From NCBI GenBank assembly GCA_051294375.1, contig JBJCIZ010000531.1, forward strand, positions 1-22,218: a stretch of 22,218 bases of DNA, in the 5' to 3' direction. A model generated the notes under the pieces. That model saw only the letters and a program-made list of their open reading frames with translations, ran no database searches and had not been told where the DNA came from. Positions 1 through 13,237 of this stretch are shown piece by piece. The first letter of the stretch is position 1. Every line of letters starts with the position of its first letter. Source of the stretch: Paraspadella gotoi (lineage: Eukaryota > Animalia > Chaetognatha). The translations under genes and the position numbers were made by a program.

Positions 1-283
1 TCTACGCAAACCATAGGAAACGAACCAACAAAGGCGCGACGAGTGAGGTACGACACCAAGTCCGAGCAAAGGGCATGAAGCTCGACGGCTTGCTCAGAAG
101 AACGCCTCGGAAAGGCAAAGGATCCAGCAGCGGCGCCGCTTGCGGCGACCACATGCGGAAACGGGATCCATAAAGATAGAAAAACGCCGCGCAGGTACTG
201 AAAACCAGGACCGGAACAGAATTTTTTAAGGATATGATCAATCCCGTCCTGGTGACTGCACACTGCGACATCAGGAGATTCGT

Positions 284-1615
284 AGACGATCAATTAAAAC
301 TTGTTTCTACCCCGTGCACAGATAAGAGTAAGCTTGCTCTGTCTAAGAGCAGACCCCATCGATTGGCGAGAAGTTGGGTTTTTGTATAAATGGGGCCGCT
401 ATTGACCATTTTCGAGGACACGTCCATCAGCGCATCGGAGATCGCCCGAACCAAATCGACAAGTAAAGGTAGTACCCCGAAATTCACAAGTTAATGCTGT
501 AGGAAGCCCTGGTCAAACATGGTTATCCGGAAATTCGAAGCAATCGTAGCCCCGGAAGACCGCAACCAGAATCATAACTCGCCTCACGGCCCGCATATCT
601 CACGAAAGCGGCTGTACCCCGCGGACGCAACCGGGGATAAACAAAGGACGTAATCGCGCGAGTTTTCCGTTTCGCTCTCATTCTCAATCATGGTAAGAAA
701 GTAAATAAGGAGCTAGGAAAGAAGACTTGAATTGCTCTCCGTGCGCTAGGCTGCGGTAAGATCGAACGCCATCGGACCGACAGGAGGCAGATTTATCATA
801 CGCGGTGGTGCAAGGAAAGACGATTCGTTCACGGTCCTATACGCGGACGTCCTCCTGCAGAAAGCGTCCTGAGCGACAACCAGAAACCTCAGGCGGATGG
901 CGCAAGACGCTCTGGTATCAGAGGAGACGATGCGTCGAACGAATGCGAACAAACTCCAGGGATGTGCTTTTGGAAAAGATTTGCGGAAGTCTTCATGACA
1001 AGGACGAAAAGAAGGATGACAAGAAATGGCAAGACAGGCCATCCCGTGACTACCGTGGAAAAGGTGAAGGACGAGACCGCCGGGGCGGAGACGAAGGTCG
1101 GTGGAANNNNNNNNNNTACCGCGGGAAACCAAGATATAATAGATACGACAACAAATTTAATTCAAGACGTAGAGACTTGCGCTAGTGGCTTGCATGACGG
1201 AAAAAAGCGGTTTGCAGTGAAGACATTAAATTTTCATGAAAAGTACAAGGTGTTTTCTTAAACAATAGCAAAGAACAGACAGAGGAACTTCAAAAGAAAA
1301 GAAAGAAAGCAGCCCAGCTAGCACAGAGAGGCTGCAGAGAATATAAAGCAAATGACAAAATCAGAACCGAGCGCCGAAACGAATACATGAAAGATTGCGC
1401 AAAAGCGGCCTTAAAGTTTTCTGGAAAAACAGCGGCAGTCCGCTTACATAAACTATTCAGCCCGCTAAACCCAAGCGAAAAGGGAACGCTGGCCATGGCC
1501 ATAGTAAAGCCAATAGCTCGAACCTTGCGAAAAACTGGGCCTTAGCAGAAAAGAAAGCTTTTGTAAAACGCTTGAAAATCTGCGAAAAACTCTGTAAAAA
1601 GGCAAACAGAAAGAG
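284..1615 (+). repeat. tandem duplication, unit 1 (~1.33 kb)
   Basis: Starts agacgatcaattaaaac (284) and ends tgcgaaaaactctgtaaaaaggcaaacagaaagag (1615). The same start recurs at 1616 and the same end at ~3153. Confidence 0.85.
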
Positions 1616-4000
1616 AGACGATCAAATTAAAAGCTTGTTTACCCGTGAACTACGAAGTAAGCTGCTTCGTCACCCCATCGATGGCCAGTTTGTATAAAGG
1701 CCTATTGTACATCTTATCGAGACACGTCCATCCAGCGCCTCAACGGGCCGAACAAATCAAAGTAAAGTAGACCCCCGAATTCACTCCGAATACCCGGGCT
1801 CGCCCTGGTCAAACACTGGCTTTTACCGGAAATTCGACATCGTAGCCCCGTGGAAGCCGCAACAGGTACCTCGCCTCACGCCCCGCATACTCACCAAAGC
1901 GCTTACCCCGTACGCACCGCGGGCGATAACACACAGGACGTAATGGATTCCGTTCCCTCATCGAATCCACCGCCCGCGCACCCGAACTTACAGCCATCTA
2001 CCGTCCCACTCGGCGTCGTACCACGCCGCGCTACTCGACCCGCTCACACCGCTCCACTGCACCACGCAGCACTCGTACCCATGCCAGCAGAGTCAATCGC
2101 AGACACCATACTCCACTTATCGACTCACCCGCCCCTACTGTCCCCTCTCGTGACCATATCCCAACGCATCCTCTCATTGCGCCGGCCTATCCCCACCGAA
2201 TCCCCTCTCCCTCACACCGCCCCCGCCCCCCCCACGACCGGAGCACGCCCCACCCACACAGGAGCTAGCGCAAAGAAATGTAATCGTGCTCCTGGTGGGT
2301 GCTGGGTAGATCGAACGGCCATCAGGCGACAGGAAGCGAGATTATAACCTCGGTGAAAGAAAAACGATCGTAGGTCCTAACCGACTCCTCCTGCAGAGAA
2401 AGGCCTGAGCGGACAAAAACCACGAGGATAGGCAGGGAGGCCCACGTCTGTATCAAGGACGTGCCAAGAACAGCCGAACAACTCCAGGAGTTGCTGGAAA
2501 AGATTGCGAACTCATCAAGGAAAGACGAAAGAAGGATGATAAGAGATGCAAGACAAGCCGACTCGTGTACTACCGTGGAAAAGGCGAAAGGACGAGACCG
2601 CCGGCGGTGGAGACGAAAAGGTCGGTGGAACGACAGAGGTTACCGCGGGAAACCAAGATACAATAGATTACGGACAACAAATTCAATTCAAGCGTAGAGC
2701 TTCGTAGTGTATGACCGAAAAAAAGCGGTTTGCAGTGAAGCGACATTAAATTTCATAAAAAGTGTACAAGGTGTTTTCTTAACAACAAAGCAGAAGACAG
2801 ACAGAGGAACTTCAAAAGAAAGAAGAAAGGCCAGCCCAGCTAGCACAAGGAGGGCTGCCAGAGATATAAACAAATGGGACAAAATCAGAACCGAGCGCCC
2901 GAAACCAATACATGAAAGATTGCGCAAAAGCCCGGCCTTTAAAGTTTTCTGGAAAAACCAGCGCAGTCCGCTTACCATAAACTATCAGCCCCGACTAAAC
3001 CCAACGCGAAAAAGGGAACGCTGTGCCAGTGCCATAGTAAAGCAAAGCCTGGAACCTTGGAGAAAACTGGGCGCTTATGCAGAAAAAGAAAGCTTTTTGA
3101 TGAAACGCTGTAAAGTCTGCGAAAAACTCTGTAAAAAGGCAAACAGAAAAGAGTCGCGAGGAAGACCAAAGGGCAACTGAAACAGGCACCAGCTCGCACA
3201 CAAGTTTGGGAACACAGCGAAACGACGAACAATCGCCGCTAGCCCAACCGAGAAAGACCGCACAAATCCAAAAGAAAACAAAGAGATCCGAGAAAGCTAA
3301 ATCGTATAAACCGAGTATAAAATCCTTTACAAGCAAAATGCCAGAAAAGCTTATATACAATCCAACTTACACCATCATGGAATGCCGAGGAGAATCACTG
3401 CACAAGCAACAATCCCGAAAAGCAGAAAACAGTCCACGAACCCCGGAATCCTTTTAACGACAAGAATCCCATTAGTAGATACCAAAGGCGAAATGGAACC
3501 CCCTCCCATTGCCGGATACAAAAACTTAAAGCGAAGAAGAGAGAGAAGAAAAGTGGAGCTGACGGAGAAATGGAAGAGAATTTAACGACACGCGCCCTGA
3601 GAAGCTCGCGCGCAATGCATACAGGCGGAAAGGGGACACCGCCCACCGGGACGACACCAAGAGCAGAGAAAGCTAAGCCTTAAACTAGCGCAAACAAACT
3701 ACGACACAGCAGTGGCGAGCGGCGAGAGCCCCGCCCGCGACAGCTAGCGACTGTACGACACGGGGAGGACGAGAGACGGAAGCATCGATCAACACGAGAG
3801 AAGAGAGAGATTCCCAAAAAGAAATTGTCGACGAAAGAATTGGGTTCATTAACAAAAAGAATCTTACAGCAGGCCCATGCCCTAACGCGTGGACTCCACA
3901 GGGAAAATGGCAGACGCCCTGAATGGAATGACGTCACAGCATCCGAGGGAAAGAGAAACGAAAATTCGACCTTGAGAGAATAATGTCTATTGCAAAATGG
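805..4000 (+). pseudogene. putative gag-like ORF1 region, frameshifted and partly duplicated
   Basis: Lies upstream of RT on the same A-rich strand. Readable pieces are DKKWQDRPSRDYRGKGEGRDRRGGDEGRW..YRGKPRYNRY, a charged helical stretch (EQTEELQKKRKKAAQLAQRGCREY) and KRCKVCEKLCKK. No capsid or CCHC motif was recognised, so the call is positional. Confidence 0.4.
1616..3153 (+). repeat. tandem duplication, unit 2 (indel-rich, with a C-rich noisy patch at ~1960-2260)
   Basis: Shares anchors with unit 1, e.g. gccctggtcaaaca, taccgcgggaaaccaagata, aaaaaagcggtttgcagtgaag and aaaatcagaaccgagcgcc. Differences are mostly indels. Confidence 0.85.
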
Positions 4001-5041
4001 TATACACTCGATTAACAACCTCTTTCCTCTTCCGCCCGCATATTGAGCAAGAGTCGAGAACAAATGATCAAATCGGCACACAAGACCAGCACACGACACG
4101 GAGAGAACCCAATGACAAAGGTGTCAGGCACACCTTGTAGCGAGAGGGCGGACAACTGGTGCTTATTAACTAGACGACCAGGCCTCAAAAAACGAGGACT
4201 GCAGGCCGGAGTGCCACTTTGTTTGCCATTTCCTGCTCAGTGAATGGCGATGCATATTCATTGAATGAGAGTTAATATTCCGACAACAGTCCACTCAGTC
4301 CTTACAATATCTTGTTTGAACGTATAGAAACGTTCGTATTTTTATAACCATATCACCACTGGTATAACGGCAGTCAAGATGAGGCTAGCCAGAAAGATTA
4401 GCCATTTATGATAGAAAAACAACCATTGATCACCATCCTATTACCAGAAAAAAGACCAAGGAGGACAACAAGATGCCTAAAGATTAAGAGCTTGGCCACA
4501 TAAGTAGCTTTACTGACAATCATTTAGCAGAAAGCTAAGTAGGATGATCCAATCAAAAAACTATGTTTTCAACGGACGATACAGCATTCCTGCATACGGT
4601 TGAGATTCTTTTTCTTCTCATGTTTCATTTTTCGTGCGAACAGTTATAAGGATGGAGTAGAGTACCATGGCAGGCCACGAATAATGTCGAATATACATCT
4701 CTTTTGTGGAGTGATCTGCATTAACGAAGTTCCCCTCCAATTTGTAACTGAGAAGCATACACAGGATGGACTCTCGCTTTAAATCCCTCGACCCAGCATT
4801 GCACCGCCCGCTTTCATCCAGCGCAGACATGACAGGTGAGGAGGCCAGAACACAGTAACGCCCAGAATGTCTAGCGATAAAGGTGAATAGACCATCGTCG
4901 TCTTTGCCGACCCACTAGATTCATTAAGCACTCAACCGACAGAGATGGAAATCAAAAGCTGCAGAGGAACGCAGAGAAGAAGGAACATAGAAAACACTGA
5001 TAAAAGAGGAAAAGAAGAATCCGTCCGCCCCTTTCAAAGAA

Positions 5042-5497
5042 ATTGACCCGACCCTTATCGAAAAGGCGCCGGATATATGGGAAACGGCTTATGGGAAATT
5101 CGAGGACGTATTTGGGAGAAGACACATCAATGATTGTAAAGAAGGCTTTCCAAAGACTACAAGAGTTGACCTAGGATACACCACTGAAGGTCTTCCGAAA
5201 CCACGTTTTGTAAACAAGGCCCTNNNNNNNNNNNNNNNNNNNNNNNNNCTGTAAAGAAAGCAGCATTAAAAAGATACCTGGAGGTTTACGAAAACGCCGG
5301 CGTCGTCTCAAGAACATCCGGCGAGGCATATTCGAACGCTTTCCTAATAAAGAAACCAAATCACGTCGCCGAAGGCCAAAATCAAATGGACGATGAGACG
5401 TTCGCCAAGCAATGGCGACTGATCTGTGACTTATCAGCCGTAAACGACAATATTTCTACCTTCGCAACGGAACCACAGACAATCGCGTCAATCTTAG
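5042..5497 (+). CDS. pol: Pol: N-terminal part of reverse transcriptase (not in the ORF track; spans a 25-N gap)
   Basis: Manual translation gives IDPTLIEKAPDIWETAYGKFEDVF...PKPRFVNKA / AALKRYLEVYENAGVVSRTSGEAYSNAFLIKKP...KQWRLICDLSAVND...PQTIASIL. This matches the Gypsy RT pattern GII..S.S..SP.F.V.KK...WR...D.R.LN. Confidence 0.85.
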
Positions 5498-5574
5498 NNN
5501 NNNNNNNNNNNNNNNNNNNNNNAAAAAAACTTCGGCCCCCCTCTGGGGTCTGACCCCCAAAACGCGATAGGAGA

Positions 5575-6028
5575 CGACGCGATGTATGATGATGCATGAT
5601 GATATGTGAATGAAATTTAATGAAATGATTATGATGTGAGTTGTGATGGATGATAATGATGATTGATGATGATGAATCGATTGACGATGATGAATGAATG
5701 ATGATTTTATTTGCATGATGATGATGATGATGATGATATATGGATCGGATGATGGATGATTGCATGATGATATGATAATGATGATTGATGATGATGATGA
5801 TGATGATGAATCGATCGATGATGATGAATGATGATTGATAATGATTATAATGATTGATGATGATGAGATAATGATGGTGATGATGAATCGATGACGATGA
5901 AAATTTAAAAGATGATGATGATGATGATGATTGATATTGATGATATGATGAGATAATGATGATGATGATGATGATCGATGACGATGACGAGAATGAATGA
6001 TGTATATGTGAATGAGGATGATGATGAC
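5575..6028 (+). repeat. degenerate (GAT)n microsatellite
   Basis: About 450 bp of gatgatgat runs with frequent single-base indels. Confidence 0.9.
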
Positions 6029-6559
6029 GGCGCCGACCAACTGCAATCCTTCCTCGCCATTGGCAAGGACGTTTCGGCGCGACCGTCGGATGACGCAAGA
6101 GCTGACAACGGCGACATCCCTGCAGGCACAATGACAAAAGACAACGACGAAAAAACAAAGACGGAGAGACGTGCTGAAGGGCAATGGAAGATACCGGACC
6201 GAACGACGTCAACCAAAACTAAGAGGAATGAAACATAACACAACCAACGAGACGAACGCGACAAATCGAATCATCCCCCCCTCCCTCAACACCGGTGTGT
6301 TGGTCCCCTATCTCGCCTAACCACAGTTTCAGGACCGGTCTTTCTTTGGTCGCTTTTTACCCTTCTGATGATTATGGGGAATTCTAAGTTCCATTATTAA
6401 GAGGGATCAGCCCCTCCTGACTCGAGGGAGAGTGAAAAGATAAGAGAGAGAAGAAGAGAAAGAAGGCCCACATTATTTTGTAAATTTCCGAAAATAAAAA
6501 ATAATAATTAAATTACTCTTTCTTGCTCTATTCCTTCCTTTTCGTTTTTTTTTTAGATT

Positions 6560-9500
6560 TCTGATGCCGAATCAAATTTAAAGAGAGAGATAAACAAATC
6601 TGTTTTAACGTAGTTTTGTTTTAATTTAACGAATCAAAAACTTCTTTTTAGACGAGAGATTTAAGACAAAGTTCCCTTTATTTTTTTTTTTGCTACCACA
6701 TATTTTTGTAAGCCTGCAGTTGGGAGAGTACGTGAGTATTATCTAGAGGAAGTGCTAAAGAGAACTTTTAGCTTACTATTCTAACGTGACGTGGAGACCG
6801 GTTTCGCTTTCTTTCGATTTTTCCTGAGTATGGCAGATTTTGAGCCTCGGTCAGCGTGGCGCTGGTCGATTCCGTCTCCCTTCACTGCTTATCGTTCGTT
6901 CTCACCGTCGTTTCTCGGCTTTTTCTTGTGTTTGTTCTTCCTCTTTGTTCATACCTCCCTCTCTCCTCGCGCTTCGGGTCTACGTCTTGGCTCCCTCTTC
7001 TACGAGCTACATGCATTTAACAGAGTTTTCTTTTCTCCTCTTTTCCCGCCTTTTGTTTGGTTACGGCGTGTCTTTATGAGGGAAAGTTTGTGAGTCGCGC
7101 CTACAGCTTTTAATCTTCTTCTGTGATAGGCGATGCGATGAACCAGCGGATTTTGGCATGATGAAATGATTTCCTTTATACTTCGAGTATATTGTGCAGC
7201 GGCCCGCTATATGATGGTTTTTTGCCTGTCTCCTGCGCGCGCGCGTGCTTGCCCCGGTCCGTACTAAATCGCGTCGTACATTACATCTTACCCTATCTTC
7301 CTACTTCCTTAATCGTTTTTGGATCCCTGAATCGGTTTACTCGTTTTGAGGTCTGTTATATTTTATTCGTTTGTCTGAATTCGTCGTCGCGGCTGTCCTC
7401 TTTGTCGTCAGCTCTTTGTTTTGCATTAAATCCGCCAAATATTCGTACGATGCTTTCGTTCTGGGGTTTCTACTAGCCTGGGTTTAATTTCCGAATTGGA
7501 TTTCGGGTGCCGGAGCCTCATGTCCGGTTTTCCATCCTGTGATGGTGCGTGCGTTGAGAGTCAGCCCAGTTCCCACCTGCCTGGGTAAGTCCTTCATCCA
7601 GGCCGTGGGACTTGTGTCAACCTCGGGTCCCTTTCCTATAGTGCCTGTCTACTCGGGCAATGCATCTCTTTCAGCTTCTGTGCTGTTTTTCTCCTCTCCC
7701 GAGTACCGATGTGTTCGTCCTCCATCCCCTCCGCTCGCTTCATCGAGTAGATCGAGGATGCCTTTTCCTATTTCCTTTCGCCGTTTAAAAGCGATGTCGC
7801 TCCATCGAGAATTAATTTCGAGGTAATTACTTCCCTCCATATGCCTATCTCCCGACTTTGGCATATCATATTTTGTTCCAGGGCTCTCAGGTATTACTGT
7901 GTCCGACCCGGCGCTTCGCTGTTTCCGTCGGCGTAACCTTTCCTTTGCTTCTCTTCTCTTCCTCTCTGCTGCTCCCAGCACATCAGAACCCTACTCGTCT
8001 GCCATACGGCGTCTTCGTACCTAGAACTCATTTCCTCGGATGCACTTACCTCTATTTCCATTGGACTGATCCTCTCCTTCTGCCGTGTCGGTTAAGCTTC
8101 CTCGCCATCTCTTCGTTTACCATTCGATGCATAATGTACGTTTCCCATGGGTACTGAGGCGAATCGTGGGTGTTTTTCCGGTATCCAGTTTTCTCATTCT
8201 AGATGCGACTTCGTTCAGTTCGTTCTCCTGCATAAGGTATGTCGCAAGTTGAATGCATTATCCTACTATCTGCAGACTATTCCGCCGTCATCCACCTTGT
8301 TAGCTCATTATGTCGACCGCTCCGTCTCTTACCTCTGTTCTACTCGTGTTAAGTTACCAGTATCAGCAAGCTCCGTTTCTTGTCGTCCTTCTTCCTGCGT
8401 TATCTGCCTGTCCTCATATTCTCACTCGCATTCCTTCTTTTATAATTGTTTTCTAAGTTTTTTTCTGTACTAGCGTTAATCTTGTTGTGGCGAGTTCATT
8501 TTTGCTAACCTATTATGCAGAGTATGTCGTCCGAGTTTATGTGACATGTCTTCTGCAATTTTTGTTGTAGGAAGCCTGTGTTGGGGCTTAATGCCTTTCT
8601 CTGGATGGATGCTAGGTGTAATTAGTCCAGTAACCATGATTTTTTGAAAATGGTTTTGGCGTCTTTTACGTCTTTGTCTTCTGTTTGCCATCTCTTTACG
8701 TCATCCTTGAGTGGAGGAGCCGCTCGTATCGTTCGATTGCAGCATCTCTTTTTCCTTCCGCCACGTCGGCTGCATCCACTTCAATTGAGGCTTTCTTGTT
8801 GCCGAATCTGGCGTTATTTCAGAGAAAGTTTCAGCTCGTCGGCTTAGCCATGCGCTATCGCCGTCGCTTCATTTGCGCGTTGGTGCCTGTTTCGTTCCAG
8901 GGACCAGGCCTTCTTGTTCCTCCTTTTGCTCTCGGCTGCAGTTGGCGGTGCGGATTTCGTTCATTTGTCGTTGGCCTTCGCTCTCGCGGCCGCGCGCTCG
9001 GCCTCCTTTTCTGTAGCGGCGACGTCGGCGTGGTGTTGAGCGGAGATGGCGATGGCGATGGAGATGGCCGATTCGTGTCTGGTGTTGGTCTCGGGTGTGT
9101 ATTTGGTTGTCTGCTGGCGTTTGTTGCCAGTGCTTTGTGGAGTCAGCTCCTCTTTACATGCCTCGTTTATTCTTGATGAGGCGGTTCTGCTCGCGTACTG
9201 CTGTCTTGGCGTTTCGTGAAGATACTGTGTATTACTCAGTTGCCAGTCGGAAGATTCTTCATACTGATATGCGTGTGGGCATAGGGGGCCGAGGCATGGC
9301 CCGCCTCTACGGCTCTCCCACAAAAAACTTTTTTGGTCTGTCTATTTTATCGCCTCGCACCGCCTTCCCCAGTCTCCATCTCTCTCCAAGTCTCCATTCG
9401 GGCACCTCTCGTCACCTATTCGCCCTACTCTCTCTCCCTCTTCTGTCTATCTTGACCCTTCATATTCTTTTTTTCTCTCTCCTTCCATGTCGTGTGCCGC

Positions 9501-11760
9501 GCCTCCTCTCCTCCTCCTGCCGCCACATCTCTTATCTATCCTATATATTGCCAGCCGTCCTTCGTGTCTGCTACTCTATTAGCTCCGAACGGACTTAGAA
9601 TATATACCTCATGCGTCCTGGGTTCTGAATACCTTGATCTCTCTTTGGTTTCTTTCTCCGTAAGTTTATTCGTGAGTGCCATCCCTGCTCCTTGTGAGTA
9701 ATGTGAACCGTCCTCGTCCATGACTTTTCACAACCCGAGGCCTCCCAAAATAAATAACCCTGTCGAGCCATTTCTAATCCGTGATGTCTGAATCCTCTCC
9801 AATAGATCCAGTCTTTGCCTAGATGCATCGGACATAATTGGTACGAGATCGTTTTACTGTTTTGTGCTGGTTGAGCCGATAAACCGTCTTATTTTCCCCT
9901 TCTCTCTTTCCTCTCGACGAAACTGAGATCTGTGTCTTCTGACAGGCCCAAATCATTATCCGAATTAATGTATTATGTGCTGCTCCATAGGCTTTTTTTC
10001 TCAGTTTTCTAGTGCATTTCGCTACTGATACTAAGCGTTGGTTGACAAACTCGCGCCGACTCTATGAGTTCGACGAGATGTCCCCGGCCCTTGTTTCCCT
10101 CCGCTGATTCGGGTCCTCTGCCAGGCTATGCCCTGCTCGTCGTAATTTCCTTCTACTTGTGTGTCGAATTATGCGTGCTGGGCAGTGAAATGGGCGTGTC
10201 GCAGTGAGCTCAATTTTCGGTCACTCGATTCCATCGGCAGATCTCCCGTCAATTAATACATCGTCGGCTGTGCCCGTTATCTTTCACTTTTGACTAACTA
10301 AAAGCACTTCGTTCCCGGATGGCACCTCGTGCCTCTTATCCTGCCGTCTTATCCATCTTAAGCAGAACCACCACCTTTTGTGGAGGTCGGTTGAGCTAGT
10401 TGTATCGTCGGCTGAGTCTTGTCTGTTTGGCTATAGTCTGTATACCATTACCTTTTTGGAAGTATGCCGAGTGACATTTTCCTTGGTGTTACCAGAAGTT
10501 TACTCGGTCTTCCGCAAATATAACCTTTAAAGTTCCTATTTCTCACTCATGTCATGTTAATTATAGCGCCAGGTGTTTTCCAGACGTTTAGTGTGCTTTC
10601 TATCTATTTCTGTTTACTCCGTCTGGGAGTAATATGATTTGATGTGTGTATCAGATAAACCATAGGTATATTTCTATTCCCATTTGCTGTGCTGGTTCGA
10701 TTCAAGTTTCTCTTCCAATCTCTAGTGGCCTGGCGTCCGCGTAATTAATGACGATATTCGCCGTTTTTATTCTTTAGCGTCGTTCAGAAAGTTCCAAACA
10801 TCTCTGGTCGTATAGTTTTACTTTTTTCCGGGTCGCATAGACACAGTCTGTTTTTTTCTTCGATGCAGCCTCCTATTCTGTACGCCCTGAATTTTTCTTT
10901 CTGCTTTTTTCGCCAATGAAGTCTTTTTATTTCGTCGTTTCTATCGTTTCTTCCAGTCCTTTCGTTCTGTTTTACATCTTTCATATCTTTAAATTCCTCC
11001 TCTGGACTCGTTTATCTCCTCAAGACGGGTCGTATACTTAGTCGGCGTGTCAGCGTTTAGTTCGGGAGTTTGTTCTCGGTCCAATTTCGGGTGATGAGAA
11101 ACGATGTCTGGCATCTAGTTATTCGCATATAGACCTTTCTAAATCTGCAGGTAAACTTTATGGAGGCCGTTCTCAAGACCTTGTCAGTGCTTTTAGGTTG
11201 TCCTTCTGTTTTCCACCTCCCTTGAGTTAGCATCTGCTTGCTCTAGCTTTTCGTTGTGGCTATAGTCCTGGTATCATGCTGGAATACCAAAAGATAGTTT
11301 TCCGAATGTCGATCTTTCCTCAATTCCAGCTAAGGACGCGTTCTTATTTTGTCCCATTTCAGGAAACACTGGACGTTATTTTTTCCCATCTGCTACATCG
11401 CAATTTTATATGCATATGGACTTAAAATTCTTCGGCACTTCCTCCGCTCCCCACAGTCGTTCGGCCCAATTTATCTCGGGCTATTAGTTTTTTGCGCCTT
11501 GTTTTGAAGGTATGAGGTCATATCCACGCGGTACTGATGATGGAAATTACCCTTTATTTGTACATCTCGGTGCCGTCGTGAGGTTATCACTCCTTGGTGT
11601 GCCAAAAATATTCTTCCTACAAGAGTCTCTAGGTCCATGGTTAGCTCTCTCTCTCTGCTCAACCAGTACACTCTATTATGATCCTCCTCTCCGATCTTTG
11701 AGGTTTCTGTTTTCATTGTCCAGTCATTTCTGTTCGGCTGCCTTCCTCGTCTATCATCTC
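6560..11760 (-). mobile_element. noisy inverted copy of the same element: RT core, RNase H, insert, integrase and pol-env spacer
   Basis: Reverse complement matches the + copy. Examples are 8641-8730 vs 15320-15410, 7110-7200 vs the integrase end plus 19082 onward, 11510-11545 vs the YVDD region, and 6840-7060 vs the spacer. ORF 7649-7981 retains GSNYLEIN...ILDLLD. Indel density is very high. Confidence 0.85.
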
Positions 11761-13230
11761 CATAATTCTTAATCCTTCGGACTATTCTCTACCCAACGTC
11801 ATGTGTCTTTACCGTCGTTCATCGTCGTCGTATCATACTCCATATTTTAATCTTCGGACTTTCTTCCCTGTCTTAGTCGTCGTCTCCGTCATCTGTAGAT
11901 TTCCGTCAACGTTCGTGTCTCGTCGATCATCGCGTCTTCCGTAATTTATCATTTTCGTTTCGTCTCGTTTCGTCGTTGCTTCCTCGTCTTTTTTTCATCC
12001 CCGCGAGTCAAAAAACGGATACCAATAAAGAAAATTGAGTTGAGTTTTCCTTTCATTCCTCGTTGTTCTTTTATTTTCTGTTCCGTGCGAGTCTCTGCCC
12101 TTCACAAGCCAAGACCACGCACCTTGATCCAATCAAAGCTGAGCGTTGGGAGAATCACGACCTTCGAATGAGCAATTGAGATTGCCATGCCACATAATTA
12201 ATTATTTACCTTATGTCAACCGGATTTCATCGTAATTTTGTTATTATTTTTCATACCGTAACGTTTTCCGTATGTTGACCGTCCCTTCGTCGTCTCGTTG
12301 AATGGGTTCTCGTCTTCTCGTCGTACTTCGTCGCCGTCGATTCCTTCTTTCAACTTACGTACGCGTCACGAGGGGGTCATTTTATGGCACTACTTCCTCT
12401 TTCAGGCGCGCGGATTCGTCGTCGTTTCGTCTTCTCACCGTATCCTATTGTCCTTTTGTCCCACAAGGAGGCGATTTCGATTTGTTCTTTTCGCCTTCCG
12501 GTTAACAAAACGCCCTCCCTTCATTCATCTTGTCCTACCCTTTTTTTTGTTTTGGAACGAGTTTTCCTCATCACTTCGGTACGTACATCTTACTCTAACA
12601 CTCATTTTTAATTTCAACCTCCCTGATTTTTCGTCACGTTCTCTTGTTTTCTCCTATCGTTCTCACCAAAAAATCTTTGTTCGCGTTCCGTTCCTCGCCA
12701 TTGGTCGTGGACGCATCAATCGCAAAAGATTCTCCTCAGAACCGGACACGCGCCTACCGCCGCCTGACCGCCGCTGACGGCCGCCTGACCCTCAATTTTC
12801 CACCCAACCCCGAACACAATATCAATTATTCTCATTCTGTCGTTCTCTTCCATTCTTTCAATTTTTTTTTTACTTCATTTTCTCCTTTCAACTCATTTCT
12901 ATTATTTCTCAAATTTAATAATCAAAATTAATTTGCAATCATGTAAACTAATTCAATTTGTTCCCTCACGCGTGAAACCTTCGTTCACTAATAAACAAAA
13001 TAACCAATCAGCTCAGCTAACCCCCCCACAATTGATCATCCCCGAAAAAAAAAAGTGATGTCACTGAGCCCGCAAAGTAAAGTGTATCTCGCGACGCGAG
13101 CCACCCGGAGCTCCCTGTACCGGTCCTTTGTCAGTGCCCTCCCTGGCCACTTTAGATTTACTTAGAGATGGGAAACAAGCTAGTATTTATCAACAGGAAC
13201 ATTGCCCAGCTTCATTGGTGGTATTGTATT
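11760..13230. other. low-quality, T/C-rich unalignable sequence (probable read noise)
   Basis: Strong pyrimidine skew, tcgt/tttc-type low complexity and no coherent ORF. It lies between the fading inverted copy and the clean RT contig. Confidence 0.55.
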
Positions 13231-13237
13231 CCTCTGA

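Noticed and set aside
1850-2347. 165-aa Pro/His-rich ORF
   Set aside because: It derives from the C-rich noisy patch of the duplicated unit and has no counterpart in unit 1.
4150-4200. Possible aspartic protease motif (ctagacgaccaggcctca, resembling L-D-T-G-S after indel correction)
   Set aside because: The position is plausible, but it needs several assumed indels in noisy sequence and cannot be supported as a feature.
5382-6264. Long His/Ser/Ile-rich minus-strand ORFs (276, 242 and 119 aa)
   Set aside because: They are translations of the (ATC)n strand of the microsatellite, which lacks stops.
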